The translations under genes were made by a program, and so were the position numbers. From Anaerolineae bacterium (GTDB taxonomy: Bacteria > Chloroflexota > Anaerolineae > S140-20), in assembly GCA_027021705.1 (NCBI GenBank), contig JALUTT010000047.1, positions 1 through 51,799 on the forward strand: a stretch of 51,799 nt of DNA, given 5' to 3'. The notes beneath the pieces are model-generated. The model made no database searches. It had not been told where the DNA came from and saw nothing but the letters and a program-made list of their open reading frames with translations. Positions within the stretch are counted from its first letter, which is position 1. Each line of letters starts with the position of its first letter. Positions 38,257-48,018 of this stretch are shown here, in pieces.

Positions 38257-38283
38257 CGCTGCCTCCTTCCCCGGCCTGATAGA

Positions 38284-38378
38284 ACACAGATGACACGGAT
38301 GCGACGGATGGGCACGGATCGCTCAGAAAACATCTGAAAGCACCCGCGTCAATCCGTCCAATCCGTGTTCATCTGTGT
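38284..38378. repeat. Intergenic palindromic repeat built of CACGGAT/ATCCGTG units
   Basis: acacagat-cacggat-acggat-cacggat ... atccgt-atccgtg-atctgtgt. Confidence 0.75.
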
Positions 38379-38403
38379 CCCATCAAAGAACGGAAGCCGT
38401 CGG

Positions 38404-39672
38404 CTACTCTTGGGCCAGCAACTCCACGCCCGTCGCCATGCTGGCATAGGCATGGCCCGAGGCGTAGATGGCGATGCGCTTGATGTAGGCGGGGCGCAAC
38501 TCGCCCAGCGTTTCCATCAGGTTGGGGGAGATGTACTCCTGCCAAACCCCCTGGGGATACTGGAGGTGCTCCACTGCGTTGGCCGGCGGAGGACACTGGT
38601 AGCAGATGCGGGGCTCCTCCTGCTCCGACAAGTCAGGCCGGTCCAGGTAGTAGAAGCCCTGCAACCAGACCCGCTCCCCGCCCCCCACGTCCACGTAGTC
38701 AATCCGCACCATCAGCGGGCACTCGCTGCCGGCCATCCCGCAGGTGCCCAGACTCTGGTTGAGCAGCTTGACCAGCAGCCGGACCTGCAGGGAGCGGAAG
38801 TCCCGCACATCCTGGTTGATCTCCTGGACGATCCCCGTCTGAGAAGGCCCCTGGGCCACCCGCTCGATGAGGACGGCCGGGCGGCCCTCATCTTCCACCA
38901 GCTTCACCTCGCCCAGCGTCTGGTCCGTGCTCACCCGGCTACGGATCACCTCCCAGCCAACGTCGAGGGGTTGGTCGAACTCCCCGTTGACCACCAGGTT
39001 GCGCTCCCCCGGCATCACGCCCACCGGCCCCCCACCCGCCGGAACCCAGGTGCGCTGCTCCGAGCGCAGGTGGACCGTCTCTCCACCCTCCCCCCGGACG
39101 GTCGCTTCGCCCTGGCGGACGGTCACCTCCGTCCGCACCGCATCCACCACCAAGGAGTACCCCCCCGCTCCGAAGGTGACCACGGCCTGGGGCGTCTCCA
39201 CCTCGACGACGACGGGCCGATCCGTCTCCGAGGGGACGGTAAAGCGAGCCCGTCCCTGCTCCAAGGCCAAGCGCACTCGGTAGGGGCGAGGGCTCCAGCC
39301 GAAGCGAGGGGCACTGGCCTCTCGCAGTAGCAGTCGGGTGCTACCGTAGAGGTGGGCTGTGGTCAGGACAGGGCCTTCGCTCTGGTTCCGCCGGACGAGC
39401 AGCGTCCCCTCGGCCAGACCGTCGGTCAGGACCTCTTGTCCTCGATAGACGGCGATGGGGGGAGCGCCAACGCTCACCGAGGCCACCGTCCGGTCCCCTT
39501 GGACAACCACCACCGTCCCCTGCTGGGCCTCCACCTGGGCCTTCTGGTCTCGCCGGGCGTTCAGAATGTACCAACGGGCAGAGAGAGGGCACCCGATGAC
39601 CAGCAGGCAGAAGACGGCAAAGGCGGTCAGCAGGACGGTCCAGGCCAGGCGTTCGGGGTTGCGTCGCATCAT
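38404..39672 (-). CDS. Membrane-anchored FecR-like domain protein
   Basis: N-terminal TM; LALEQGRAR...VETPQAVV...TEVTVRQGEATV; C-terminal NLVVNGEF jelly-roll-like region. Confidence 0.65.
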   Translation of the reverse strand: MMRRNPERLAWTVLLTAFAVFCLLVIGCPLSARWYILNARRDQKAQVEAQQGTVVVVQGDRTVASVSVGAPPIAVYRGQEVLTDGLAEGTLLVRRNQSEGPVLTTAHLYGSTRLLLREASAPRFGWSPRPYRVRLALEQGRARFTVPSETDRPVVVEVETPQAVVTFGAGGYSLVVDAVRTEVTVRQGEATVRGEGGETVHLRSEQRTWVPAGGGPVGVMPGERNLVVNGEFDQPLDVGWEVIRSRVSTDQTLGEVKLVEDEGRPAVLIERVAQGPSQTGIVQEINQDVRDFRSLQVRLLVKLLNQSLGTCGMAGSECPLMVRIDYVDVGGGERVWLQGFYYLDRPDLSEQEEPRICYQCPPPANAVEHLQYPQGVWQEYISPNLMETLGELRPAYIKRIAIYASGHAYASMATGVELLAQE

Positions 39673-39685
39673 CGTTGTGGGGAGG

Positions 39686-40633
39686 TTACCAGGCGAGCCA
39701 GCGGATCAACGTCGGCCGGCGCTGGTCAAAGCGGTGGAGGCCCGCTTCCTCGGCCAGCCGCCGTGCCTCCGCCATCTCCTCCGCCGTGGGCCGACGGTTG
39801 ATCTCCGGATAGTTGGCCGCCTTGAAGGTGGGATAGTACTGACCCATCAGGTTGATGTAGGTGTTGGGCGAGACCTCCTGGGCCAGGAAGCGGGCGATCT
39901 CGCCGGTGCCGGCCAGCCCGTTGGGCAGGACCAGGTGGCGCACCAGCAGCCCCCGCACGGCGATCCCATGCTCGTCCAGCACCAGGTCTCCCACCTGCCG
40001 GTGCATCTCCTTCACCGCCGCCTGGTTGACCTGGGGGTAGTTAGGGATCTTGGAGTACTTCTTGGCGATGCGGGCGTCGGCGTACTTCATATCGGGCATG
40101 TAGATGTCCACGACGCCGTCGAGCAGCCGGAGGGCCGCCATCGAGTCGTACCCCCCCGTGTTGTAGACGAGGGGGATGCGCAAGCCGGCCTCGGCCGCGA
40201 TCAGGGTAGCAGCCAGGATGGGGGCGACGACGTGGCTGGGGGAGACCAAGTTGATGTTGTGGCAGCCCCGTTCCTGAAGGTCCAGCATCATCGCCGCGAT
40301 CTCCTCCGGCTCCACCTCCCGCCCGACGCCGTGCTGGCTGATGTCGTAGTTCTGGCAGAACTGGCAGCGCAGATTGCACCAGGCGAAGAAGATGGTGCCC
40401 GATCCCCGCCACCCCCGCAGGGGGTCCTCCTCGCCGAAGTGGGGGCCGTAGCTGGAGACGACCGCCTGGACGCCCGTCTTGCAGGCCCCGGTGCGCTGAT
40501 AGCGGTCAATGTGGCACTCCCAGCCGCAGAGGTCGCAGTCCCGCATGCGCTCGTAGGCTTCCTCTACCCGGCGGGCCAGCTCGCCAGAGCGGAGCAGCTT
40601 TCGGTACGAGGGATACTCCTCGGCCATGCCCAC
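39686..40633 (-). CDS. Radical SAM protein, PflX-like
   Basis: HFGEE, GSGTIFFAWCNLRCQFCQNYDIS, RHLVLP. Confidence 0.9.
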   Translation of the reverse strand: MGMAEEYPSYRKLLRSGELARRVEEAYERMRDCDLCGWECHIDRYQRTGACKTGVQAVVSSYGPHFGEEDPLRGWRGSGTIFFAWCNLRCQFCQNYDISQHGVGREVEPEEIAAMMLDLQERGCHNINLVSPSHVVAPILAATLIAAEAGLRIPLVYNTGGYDSMAALRLLDGVVDIYMPDMKYADARIAKKYSKIPNYPQVNQAAVKEMHRQVGDLVLDEHGIAVRGLLVRHLVLPNGLAGTGEIARFLAQEVSPNTYINLMGQYYPTFKAANYPEINRRPTAEEMAEARRLAEEAGLHRFDQRRPTLIRWLAW

Positions 40634-40651
40634 CTCCCCTCCATCCTCTCG

Positions 40652-41185
40652 TCACCATCGGACGGGCACCCGGCGGATTCGCCAACGCCGGTCCCGGAAG
40701 CGGACGTAGCCGTGAGTCTTGCCGAACTCGTAGACCGCCTTGGTCACGGCCACGTCCTGGCGACAGTAGTCCAGCACCTTCTCGATGAGCCCCTGACGAT
40801 ACCAGTAGACCGCCTGCACGCCGTCGGCCGACTTCGTCTCCCCCAACGTCGCCGAGGCCACCTGGTCCAGGCTGACCCGATGGCCCAGGGCGCGGGTCAG
40901 ATGGACCAGCATATCCACCGTCGGCAAGTCGTCCAGCGGATCGTCGGTGTAGGCTCGCAGCACTTCGTAGTCGAAGCGCAGCAGGTTGAAGCCGACGACC
41001 AAGTCCGCCGCCCGCAGGGCCGCGATCAGTTCCTCCACGTTCTCCTCGGTGTAGTCGTGATACTGCTCATCGGCGGTGGAGTAGATCACCGCCGCCGCCA
41101 GCCCCATCCGGCGGATGTTGTGCCATCCGCCCACTTCCTCAGCCAGCTTCTGGGTTTCCAGATCGAAGTAAACGATGCGGGTCAC
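40652..41185 (-). CDS. RNase H-like (DEDD/YprB-like) exonuclease domain protein
   Basis: YFDLETQ, VVGFNLLRFD, YCRQDV. Confidence 0.85.
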   Translation of the reverse strand: MTRIVYFDLETQKLAEEVGGWHNIRRMGLAAAVIYSTADEQYHDYTEENVEELIAALRAADLVVGFNLLRFDYEVLRAYTDDPLDDLPTVDMLVHLTRALGHRVSLDQVASATLGETKSADGVQAVYWYRQGLIEKVLDYCRQDVAVTKAVYEFGKTHGYVRFRDRRWRIRRVPVRW

Positions 41186-42431
41186 GAGATCGCGCCTCCC
41201 TTCGCTGCCAACGGAGCAGCAACGGAACGACCAACAGCAAGCTCATCCCCCACAGCACCAGCCAGGGGGCGTTCTTGTCCAGGAAGATGGTCAGCCCGTC
41301 CTGGCGGCCTACGTAGCGCCGCCAGGCCCGCTCCAGCCCCCGCAGGTCCGTCTCCAGGACGCGCAGGACGCCCCCCTCGCAGGAAGCCCCGTCGGCGTAG
41401 GCGGCCAGCAGGTCGCGGATCACCTGGCTGCCGTAGCGGTCCCGCAGGTAGCGGACGACGCTGGCGCTCTCCGCGTAGGAGAGCAGCGCCTCCCGGCTAT
41501 CCAGCCCGAAAGGACCGACGCAAAGCGCCTCCAAGGGGATGACCGCCCCCGTCGCCAGCGCCTGCTCCAACAGGGTCTGGTAGACGGGATCGGGCCGCTG
41601 CTCGTACAAGGTAGCCAGCCCCTCCTCCAACCAGGCAGGCACCGCCCCCGCCCGCTGCCCCACCGCCTGGTAGATGAGGAGGTGGGTCAACTCGTGGGGG
41701 ATGTCGCGGGCCATCTGGATGGTGGCCTCGGGGCCGGGAGGGATGGCGACCAGGACGACGCCCAGTTCCGGGTAGGAACGGCCCCCGATCCACTCCCGCC
41801 CGGCCAGGAGGAGGGCGCTCTGGAACTCCTCCAAGGAGGGATAGATGTAGATGCCGATCTCGCCAGGCAGGGGAGCCCGAAGCTCCCGGTTGATCTCCGT
41901 CAGCGCCTGGGTCGCCACGTCCAGCGCCGCCTGGCCGAAGGCGGCATCCCCCTCCACCCAGTGAACCTGCACACCCGGCCCGGCTAGGGCCTGCCAGGCG
42001 AAGCGGTTGTCGGCGTAGAGGAACTCCTGGGGCGGCGTGGTCAGCCTCCCCCCGGCAGCATCGCCGACCTCCCACCAGTAGGTGATCCGGGCGAAGGGGG
42101 GGATGTGGACCGTCCGCAGCTCCTCAACGTGGGTGGCAACGACCTCCCGGCCAGGGGTGAAGGCAAGCGTGCGGACGAGAGTACGGGGCTCGCCGGCCAC
42201 CCGGTAGCGCAGCGTGACCGTCGTGATCTCGGCCGGGGCCGTCGCCCGCAACTCAAAGGTGATCTGCTGGCCGAAACTGTAGGTGACCTGGCTCTCCTGG
42301 ACGGTGATGCCGCTCTGGGCCCGGGCCGGCCGGCCGCCGTCCCCGCCACCGATGAGCAGGGCCAGGAGCCCCGCCAGGAGGAGGAGCCGGGGTATCCGAG
42401 GGATCGAGCGCGTCAGCAGTTGTCGGTCCAT
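41139..42431 (-). CDS. Peptidase MA-family zinc metallopeptidase, secreted/membrane-anchored
   Basis: Signal peptide; HELTH...WLEEGLA; C-terminal TM. Confidence 0.85.
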   Translation of the reverse strand: MDRQLLTRSIPRIPRLLLLAGLLALLIGGGDGGRPARAQSGITVQESQVTYSFGQQITFELRATAPAEITTVTLRYRVAGEPRTLVRTLAFTPGREVVATHVEELRTVHIPPFARITYWWEVGDAAGGRLTTPPQEFLYADNRFAWQALAGPGVQVHWVEGDAAFGQAALDVATQALTEINRELRAPLPGEIGIYIYPSLEEFQSALLLAGREWIGGRSYPELGVVLVAIPPGPEATIQMARDIPHELTHLLIYQAVGQRAGAVPAWLEEGLATLYEQRPDPVYQTLLEQALATGAVIPLEALCVGPFGLDSREALLSYAESASVVRYLRDRYGSQVIRDLLAAYADGASCEGGVLRVLETDLRGLERAWRRYVGRQDGLTIFLDKNAPWLVLWGMSLLLVVPLLLRWQRREARSRDPHRLLRSGNPEAG

Positions 42432-42461
42432 CGCGCATCTTCGCCGGAAAGAACGGGCGCT

Positions 42462-43388
42462 TTACGCCTGCAGGAAGGCGATGAGCACCGTCAGGGTGAT
42501 GGGGCTGAGGATGGTGGTGAGAAAGACGGTGCCCGTCACCAGGGTCGCGTCCAACCCGAACTCCAGGGCCAGGATGATGGTACTCACCGCCGTGGGCGTG
42601 CTGGCCTCGACGACGGTGGCCTGACGGCCCGCCCCATTCAGCCCCACCAGGTTGACCAGGACCAGGGCCAGCAGGGGCGCGACGACCAGGCGGATCAGGC
42701 TGGTGAGGCCGGGCAGCCGCCACTCGCTGTCGGCTACCGAGATGGTCGCCAGTTGCATCCCCAGGATCAGCAGCATCACCGGGATGGCCGCCCGCCCCAG
42801 CAAGGAGACCGCTTGGGTCAGGGGCAGGGGAAGCGTGAAGCCGGTGGCTCGAATGAGGCCGGCCAGCGCCAGGGCGTAGACGGCCGGCACCCGCAGGATG
42901 GAGCGCAAGGCGCTGCCGACCCCCTTCCCCTGGCCCCCCAGGGCGGCGATGTAGACGCCTAGCGTGTAGAGCAGCACCGTGCTCATCACGAAGTAGACGA
43001 CGGCCCGGGCCAGGGCCTCTTCACCAAAGGCCAATTCGGTCAGGGAGAGGCCGTAGTTGCCGCTGTTGACAAAGATCGCCACCAGGACGAAGGCGCTGGT
43101 CTGGCGGGGTGAGAGCCGCAACGGGCGGGCCAGGAGCCAGGCGATCCCCCCGGTGCTCAGCATCACCACCACGGCCACCAGGCCGATCCGCCCCATCTCG
43201 TCGCCGCCCACCTGGGAGCGCACCAAGGAGTCGAAGACCAGGCAGGGGCTCATCGTGTAGAAGGTGAGGCGAGACGTGCTCTGGATGTCCGGGTGGAGCA
43301 GCCGTTCGATCAGGTAGCCGACGCCCACCACCAGGAAGATGGGGAACAGGTTGCCGTAGAGGATGCTGCCCAGGAGATGCAGGGACAT
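42462..43388 (-). CDS. AEC (auxin efflux carrier) family transporter
   Basis: NSGNYGL, PVMLLILG, PTAV motifs; about 10 TM segments. Confidence 0.88.
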   Translation of the reverse strand: MSLHLLGSILYGNLFPIFLVVGVGYLIERLLHPDIQSTSRLTFYTMSPCLVFDSLVRSQVGGDEMGRIGLVAVVVMLSTGGIAWLLARPLRLSPRQTSAFVLVAIFVNSGNYGLSLTELAFGEEALARAVVYFVMSTVLLYTLGVYIAALGGQGKGVGSALRSILRVPAVYALALAGLIRATGFTLPLPLTQAVSLLGRAAIPVMLLILGMQLATISVADSEWRLPGLTSLIRLVVAPLLALVLVNLVGLNGAGRQATVVEASTPTAVSTIILALEFGLDATLVTGTVFLTTILSPITLTVLIAFLQA

Positions 43389-43411
43389 AGGGGGGCCACG
43401 TTGTTTCGAGA

Positions 43412-44371
43412 TTATTCGGCTCCGTTATCCCGCAGTTCATCCAGGAAGAGGAGCGGGAAATCGAGGATCCCGTGCATAAACTCCAGCTCGTCGAGAGCAG
43501 CCTCGGCGGCGGCCTGCGTCACCTCGTCGCCCTCTTCCAAGGCCCTTAGGAGCAACGCCCGGGCCTCATCCCCCCCGATCTGGCCCAGGGCCCACAGGGC
43601 TGCTTCCTCGACCTCCCGGTCCACATCCTCCAGCAGTTCGGCCAGCATCGGCACAGCGTCGGCCAGTTCCAGTTCGCCGCAGGCTCGGGCGGCCTCGTAG
43701 CGCATGGCCGGGCTGGAGCTGTAGAGTTCCCGCATCACGATGGAGGCCCAGCGGGTATCGGCGGAGCGCCCCATCCCGAAGACGGCGCTGATCCGCATCG
43801 CCTCGGCCTCATGGCGGTAGGCTTCGGCCAGGAAGTCGGCCACTTCCGGCTCGCCGGCGTAGGCGATGGATTCCAACGCCCGACGACGCACCTCCAGGTC
43901 CTCGTGGGGGGCTGTGTAAGCGTCGCGCAGGGCCTGGTAGACCCGCTGGCGAGGCTCCGGCCCGATCTCCTCCAGCTCTCCCAGAAGCATGAACCGCCCC
44001 AGGGCGATGGCGGCGGCCGCCCGCACCAGGGGCGAGGGGTCGTGCTGAAGCATAGCGATGAACCGGTCGGCCAGCGGGATCTCCTCGATCTCCCACAGCC
44101 CATCCACCGCTGCTGCCCGCACCTCGGCGTCGGGGTCGTCGAGCCCCAGGTAGAAGATGCCCTCGAAATCTACCTCGAAGTTCTCCTCGGCGATCTCCAC
44201 CAGGGCTCGGACGATCTGGCGCCGACGCTCGACGCCAATGTCCAGCCACCGCCCGGCCAACAGACGCAGCTCCTCCACCGAGAGGCCCGACAGGTCGTAG
44301 AGCCGGGCGAAGGAGAGAGGCCGTTCTTCATCGCCGATCACCGCCAGCGTCCGTTCCAGGAAGAAGCTCAT
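43412..44371 (-). CDS. HEAT-repeat protein
   Basis: LDDPDAEVRAAA, DPSPLVRAAAAIALG, EAALWALGQIG repeats. Confidence 0.88.
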   Translation of the reverse strand: MSFFLERTLAVIGDEERPLSFARLYDLSGLSVEELRLLAGRWLDIGVERRRQIVRALVEIAEENFEVDFEGIFYLGLDDPDAEVRAAAVDGLWEIEEIPLADRFIAMLQHDPSPLVRAAAAIALGRFMLLGELEEIGPEPRQRVYQALRDAYTAPHEDLEVRRRALESIAYAGEPEVADFLAEAYRHEAEAMRISAVFGMGRSADTRWASIVMRELYSSSPAMRYEAARACGELELADAVPMLAELLEDVDREVEEAALWALGQIGGDEARALLLRALEEGDEVTQAAAEAALDELEFMHGILDFPLLFLDELRDNGAE

Positions 44372-45438
44372 CGCAGTCCCTCAAGCCGAATAGGATTGGC
44401 AATATCCTGCATCGTGATGAGCAGCATCAGGAAGATCAAGACCGCCATCCCGATGAAGTGGATAATGCCTTCCTTCTGAGGGTCCACCCGCTTTCCCCGC
44501 ACCGCTTCGATGAAGACGAAGAGCATCCGACCGCCGTCGAGGGCCGGCAGGGGGAGCAGGTTGGTCAGCCCCAAGGCCATGCTGATCAGGCCGGCGAAGT
44601 TGAGGACGGAGAAGAGGTTCCCCGTCCGGGCGCTGTCCCGCACCGCCTGGCCGGCCATCTGGCTGATCCCCACGGGGCCTACGGGCCGGGCCTCCTCCGG
44701 GCTCAGCCGGCCCTGAAGCAGATGGACCGGGGCAGAGACAATGAAGAAAGCGGTCTGGGCAGTCTGGCGCAACCCCATTCCCACCGCTTCGGGCGGTGAG
44801 GCGTAGCGGGGCACCGTCACCGTTCGGATCTCCACCCCCATCGGCCCCTGGCCCTGGGGCCACTCCATACGGGGGACGACGGAGAGGGTGAGGGTCTCCC
44901 CCGCCCGCTCCACCGTCAACCGGATCTCCTCCCCCAGGTGCTGGTGGGTGTAGGCGACCATCTCCAGGCTGTCGCGGACCGGCCGGCCATCCATCGCCCG
45001 CACGATGTCCCCGACCTGGAGGCCCGCCGCCTCGGCCGGCGTGTTGGGAGCGATGGCCATGATGCGCACGCCGTCGCCGGCCGGGTAGCCGGCCATAAAG
45101 GAAATGATGAAGAGCAACGACGCTGCCAGGATGTTGGCCACCGGTCCGGCGCTGAGGACGGCCAGCCGCCACCGCTTGGGCTGGGCCGCCAGGCTGCGGG
45201 GGTCGGAGGGGTCCTCCTCCCCCGTCATCCGCACGAAGGCCCCGAAGGGGAGCAGGTTCAGCGTGTACTCCGTCTCCCCGCGCCGGAAGAGGGTCATCAG
45301 GCGGGGGGGGAAGCCGAACCCGAACTCTTCAACCCGAACGCCGGCCCGTTTGGCCAGCAGGAAATGCCCCAGCTCGTGGATGAGGATCAGCGGGCCGAGA
45401 ACGACGATGAAGGCAAAGAGGGTTAAGCCAACGGACAT
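44368..45438 (-). CDS. rseP: RseP-like M50 site-2 protease with PDZ domain
   Basis: HELGH, FGFGFPP, PDZ (TPAEAAGLQVGD), NLLPLPALDGG. Confidence 0.92.
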   Translation of the reverse strand: MSVGLTLFAFIVVLGPLILIHELGHFLLAKRAGVRVEEFGFGFPPRLMTLFRRGETEYTLNLLPFGAFVRMTGEEDPSDPRSLAAQPKRWRLAVLSAGPVANILAASLLFIISFMAGYPAGDGVRIMAIAPNTPAEAAGLQVGDIVRAMDGRPVRDSLEMVAYTHQHLGEEIRLTVERAGETLTLSVVPRMEWPQGQGPMGVEIRTVTVPRYASPPEAVGMGLRQTAQTAFFIVSAPVHLLQGRLSPEEARPVGPVGISQMAGQAVRDSARTGNLFSVLNFAGLISMALGLTNLLPLPALDGGRMLFVFIEAVRGKRVDPQKEGIIHFIGMAVLIFLMLLITMQDIANPIRLEGLR

Positions 45439-45530
45439 CTGCGCAATCCTTTCCCGGAAGGGTCGCCTCCCCACCGCCCGCGAGGGCCGTTGGCGAAGGT
45501 CGTCGCTTCCGTATCCTGTGCTCACCGGGG

Positions 45531-45559
45531 ATTATACCCCCCGCCGGGGGTTCTGGCAA
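45531..45559 (-). promoter_or_regulatory. sigma70-type promoter for the rseP operon
   Basis: TTGCCA-17 bp-TATAAT. Confidence 0.7.
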
Positions 45560-45661
45560 GGAGGAGACGGGGGAAGAGATCAGGCCCCCGCCCCTCCGCT
45601 GGCGCAGAGGAACGGGGGCCGGTAGCGTCGGAATCTCGATTCACCGGCAGCGCTGAAATCC

Positions 45662-46912
45662 CTATTCTGGCGTCGGGCCCACCAAAGCCACGAAGAGGCG
45701 CAGGTAGTTACGCAGGAGATGCGGGCTCAGGAAATGCTGACGCACGTGCTCCCGACCGGCCCGCCCCATCTCCGCCCGCCGCGCCGGATCCCGCAGCAGC
45801 TCCAGACAGCGCTCGGCACAGGCCTCCACGCTGTCCACCAGGTAGCCCGTCTGCCCGTCCAGCACCTGCAGGGGGATGCCTCCCACCCGGCCCCCGACGA
45901 CGGGCTTCTCCTTCCAGAGAGCCTCGGTGACCACCAGCCCAAAGCCCTCCCGCAACGACTTCTGGATCACCACGTCGGCCACCGTCTGGAAGGCGTTGAC
46001 CTCGGGGCTGCCGACGCCGTGGAAGTTGTGCAGGACGTGGATGTCGAAGTCCTCGCCGGCCCGGCGCAGCGTCCTGTCGTAGTAGAACCAGCCCTCCGGG
46101 TCGTCGGAGGCCATAGAGCCGACCAGGGCGAGCTGCACGTCGGGCACCTCGGCCCTGACCAGACGGTAGGCGTCAATCACCCCCAGCGGGTCCTTCCAGG
46201 GATCGAAGCGGGAGACCTGGAGCAGGAGCGGACGGCTGAGGTCCAGCCCGAAGTGGGCGACCATCCGCCGGGCCTCCTCCAGGGGGAGGGGCCGGTTCTT
46301 GTCGGAGAGGGGGTCAATGGTCGGCGTGATGATGGCCAGGTGGGGGAAAGCGACGCCGGGACCCACGTAGTCGCGCATGGTGAAGATGCCGGCGTCGTAG
46401 TCACCCAGGTAGGGGGCCAGGAAGGACCAGAAGTCGGGGTTGGGGTGGGAGGTGTCGATGTGACAGCGCCAGAGCCAGCGGCGTCCTCCCCGCCGGTCCC
46501 GAAAGTGGGGCAAGGCCGCTGGTTGGGGATCGTGGACAACGATGAAGTCGTACTCTCCCCCCATCTGGCGGGCGTTCATCTCGTTGTAGCGCCGGTAGAT
46601 CGCCTTCATCTCCTCGGTGAGGGCGAGGTCCATACCCTGCAGGCCGTTGTGCATCGCCTTGGTGACGTTGAAGAACTCATCGGCCCCGGCGATCACCTGC
46701 CACTCGGCCTCCAGGCCGACGTCCCGCATCAGTGGCACCAGCGTGTAGAGCATCTCCGCCACGCCACCTCCGTAGGCGGTGGCGTTGATGTGCAGTACCC
46801 GGGCACCCCGCAGGGGCTCGGCCAGCCGTTGGATTTCAGCGATGAGGGCATCACCGACGATGGGGCCGTAGTCGGCCAGGGATTTGGAGCGTAGTTGAAC
46901 CCGTTGCAGCAT
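45662..46912 (-). CDS. treT: GT4 glycosyltransferase, TreT-like trehalose synthase
   Basis: HINATAYGGGVAE, HDPQP, WRCHID, QVSRFDPWKDP, EGFGLVVTEALWK. Confidence 0.8.
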   Translation of the reverse strand: MLQRVQLRSKSLADYGPIVGDALIAEIQRLAEPLRGARVLHINATAYGGGVAEMLYTLVPLMRDVGLEAEWQVIAGADEFFNVTKAMHNGLQGMDLALTEEMKAIYRRYNEMNARQMGGEYDFIVVHDPQPAALPHFRDRRGGRRWLWRCHIDTSHPNPDFWSFLAPYLGDYDAGIFTMRDYVGPGVAFPHLAIITPTIDPLSDKNRPLPLEEARRMVAHFGLDLSRPLLLQVSRFDPWKDPLGVIDAYRLVRAEVPDVQLALVGSMASDDPEGWFYYDRTLRRAGEDFDIHVLHNFHGVGSPEVNAFQTVADVVIQKSLREGFGLVVTEALWKEKPVVGGRVGGIPLQVLDGQTGYLVDSVEACAERCLELLRDPARRAEMGRAGREHVRQHFLSPHLLRNYLRLFVALVGPTPE

Positions 46913-46996
46913 CCTTATCTCCTCACAGGGTGTGGGGTTGAATGAAACCTCCGTAGTTTACCCCACCGTTGGCTTCTTGTCCAACAGCCCGCCTGC

Positions 46997-47149
46997 GGTG
47001 ATTACCCACAAGTGAGCGAGGGAGTGGTCCGTAGCAGGCCGTCCACGAATTTCTCACAAATGCACGAATGAGGCGGTCCTTAATTCGTGTATTCGTGCCC
47101 CATTCGTGGACGGCTAGTCTCCCTATCTCCAAAGATATGGGTGATCACC
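46997..47149 (+). mobile_element. 153-bp MITE-like element B, copy 3
   Basis: Same TIRs and interior; GCCCGCCT on both sides 2 bp out. Confidence 0.85.
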
Positions 47150-47157
47150 GGGCCCGC

Positions 47158-48018
47158 CTATCCCTTGACCGAGCCGGCCAGGATGCCCCGCACGAAGTAG
47201 CGCTGGAGGGAGAAGAAGACGACCAAGGGCAGGGCCATCGAGATGAAGGCGGCGGCCGTCAGCAGGTGCCAGTTCTGCCCCAGGGAGTTGACCAGGCTGC
47301 TCAGCTTCAGCGTCAACGGGGCCACCTGCTCCGTACCGCCCAGGTAGATCAGCGCCACCAGCAGGTCGTTCCAGACCCACAGGAACTGGAAGATGGCCAG
47401 GGAGGCGAGGGCAGGGACGGAAAGGGGCAACGCCAGACGGAAGAAGGCGGTGAACTCCGAGGCCCCGTCCAAGTAGGCCGACTCGAAGAGGTCCCGGGGC
47501 AACGATCCGAAGAAGTTGCGCAGCAGGTAGACGGCAAAGGGGAGGCCGTAGCCGGTGTGGGCCAGCCAGATGCCAACGAAGGTGCCCGAGAGCCCCAGCC
47601 GGTTGTAGGCCCGCAGCAGCGGGATGAGGGTCATCTGCAGCGGCACCACCAGCAGGCCGACGACGATGACGAAGAGGACCTGCCGGCCTGGAAACTCCAT
47701 CCAGGCGAAGGCGTAGGCCGCGAAGGCGGCGATGGCGATGGGGATGATGGTGGATGGGATGGTGATGAGCAGGCTGTTGCGGAAGGCCAGGGCCATGCCC
47801 TGAGCGCCCAAGATCTCCTGGTAGTTGCGCAAGGTGTACTGGGAGGTCTCGAAGAAGCGGGGCAGCACCGTCCACCACCCCGTCTGATTCACCGCATCGG
47901 GGGGGCGGATGGAGCTGATCAGCAGCCCGACCGAAGGGGTGAGCCAGAGCAGCCCCATGCCGATCAACACGATGTGGATGGGAAAGCGGGAGAGGGTCTT
48001 GGAGAGTCGTGGGCTCAT
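47158..48018 (-). CDS. Carbohydrate ABC permease (AglG-like)
   Basis: ESAYLDGASE EAA loop; FQFLWVWNDLL; FVRGILAGSVKG. Confidence 0.9.
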   Translation of the reverse strand: MSPRLSKTLSRFPIHIVLIGMGLLWLTPSVGLLISSIRPPDAVNQTGWWTVLPRFFETSQYTLRNYQEILGAQGMALAFRNSLLITIPSTIIPIAIAAFAAYAFAWMEFPGRQVLFVIVVGLLVVPLQMTLIPLLRAYNRLGLSGTFVGIWLAHTGYGLPFAVYLLRNFFGSLPRDLFESAYLDGASEFTAFFRLALPLSVPALASLAIFQFLWVWNDLLVALIYLGGTEQVAPLTLKLSSLVNSLGQNWHLLTAAAFISMALPLVVFFSLQRYFVRGILAGSVKG

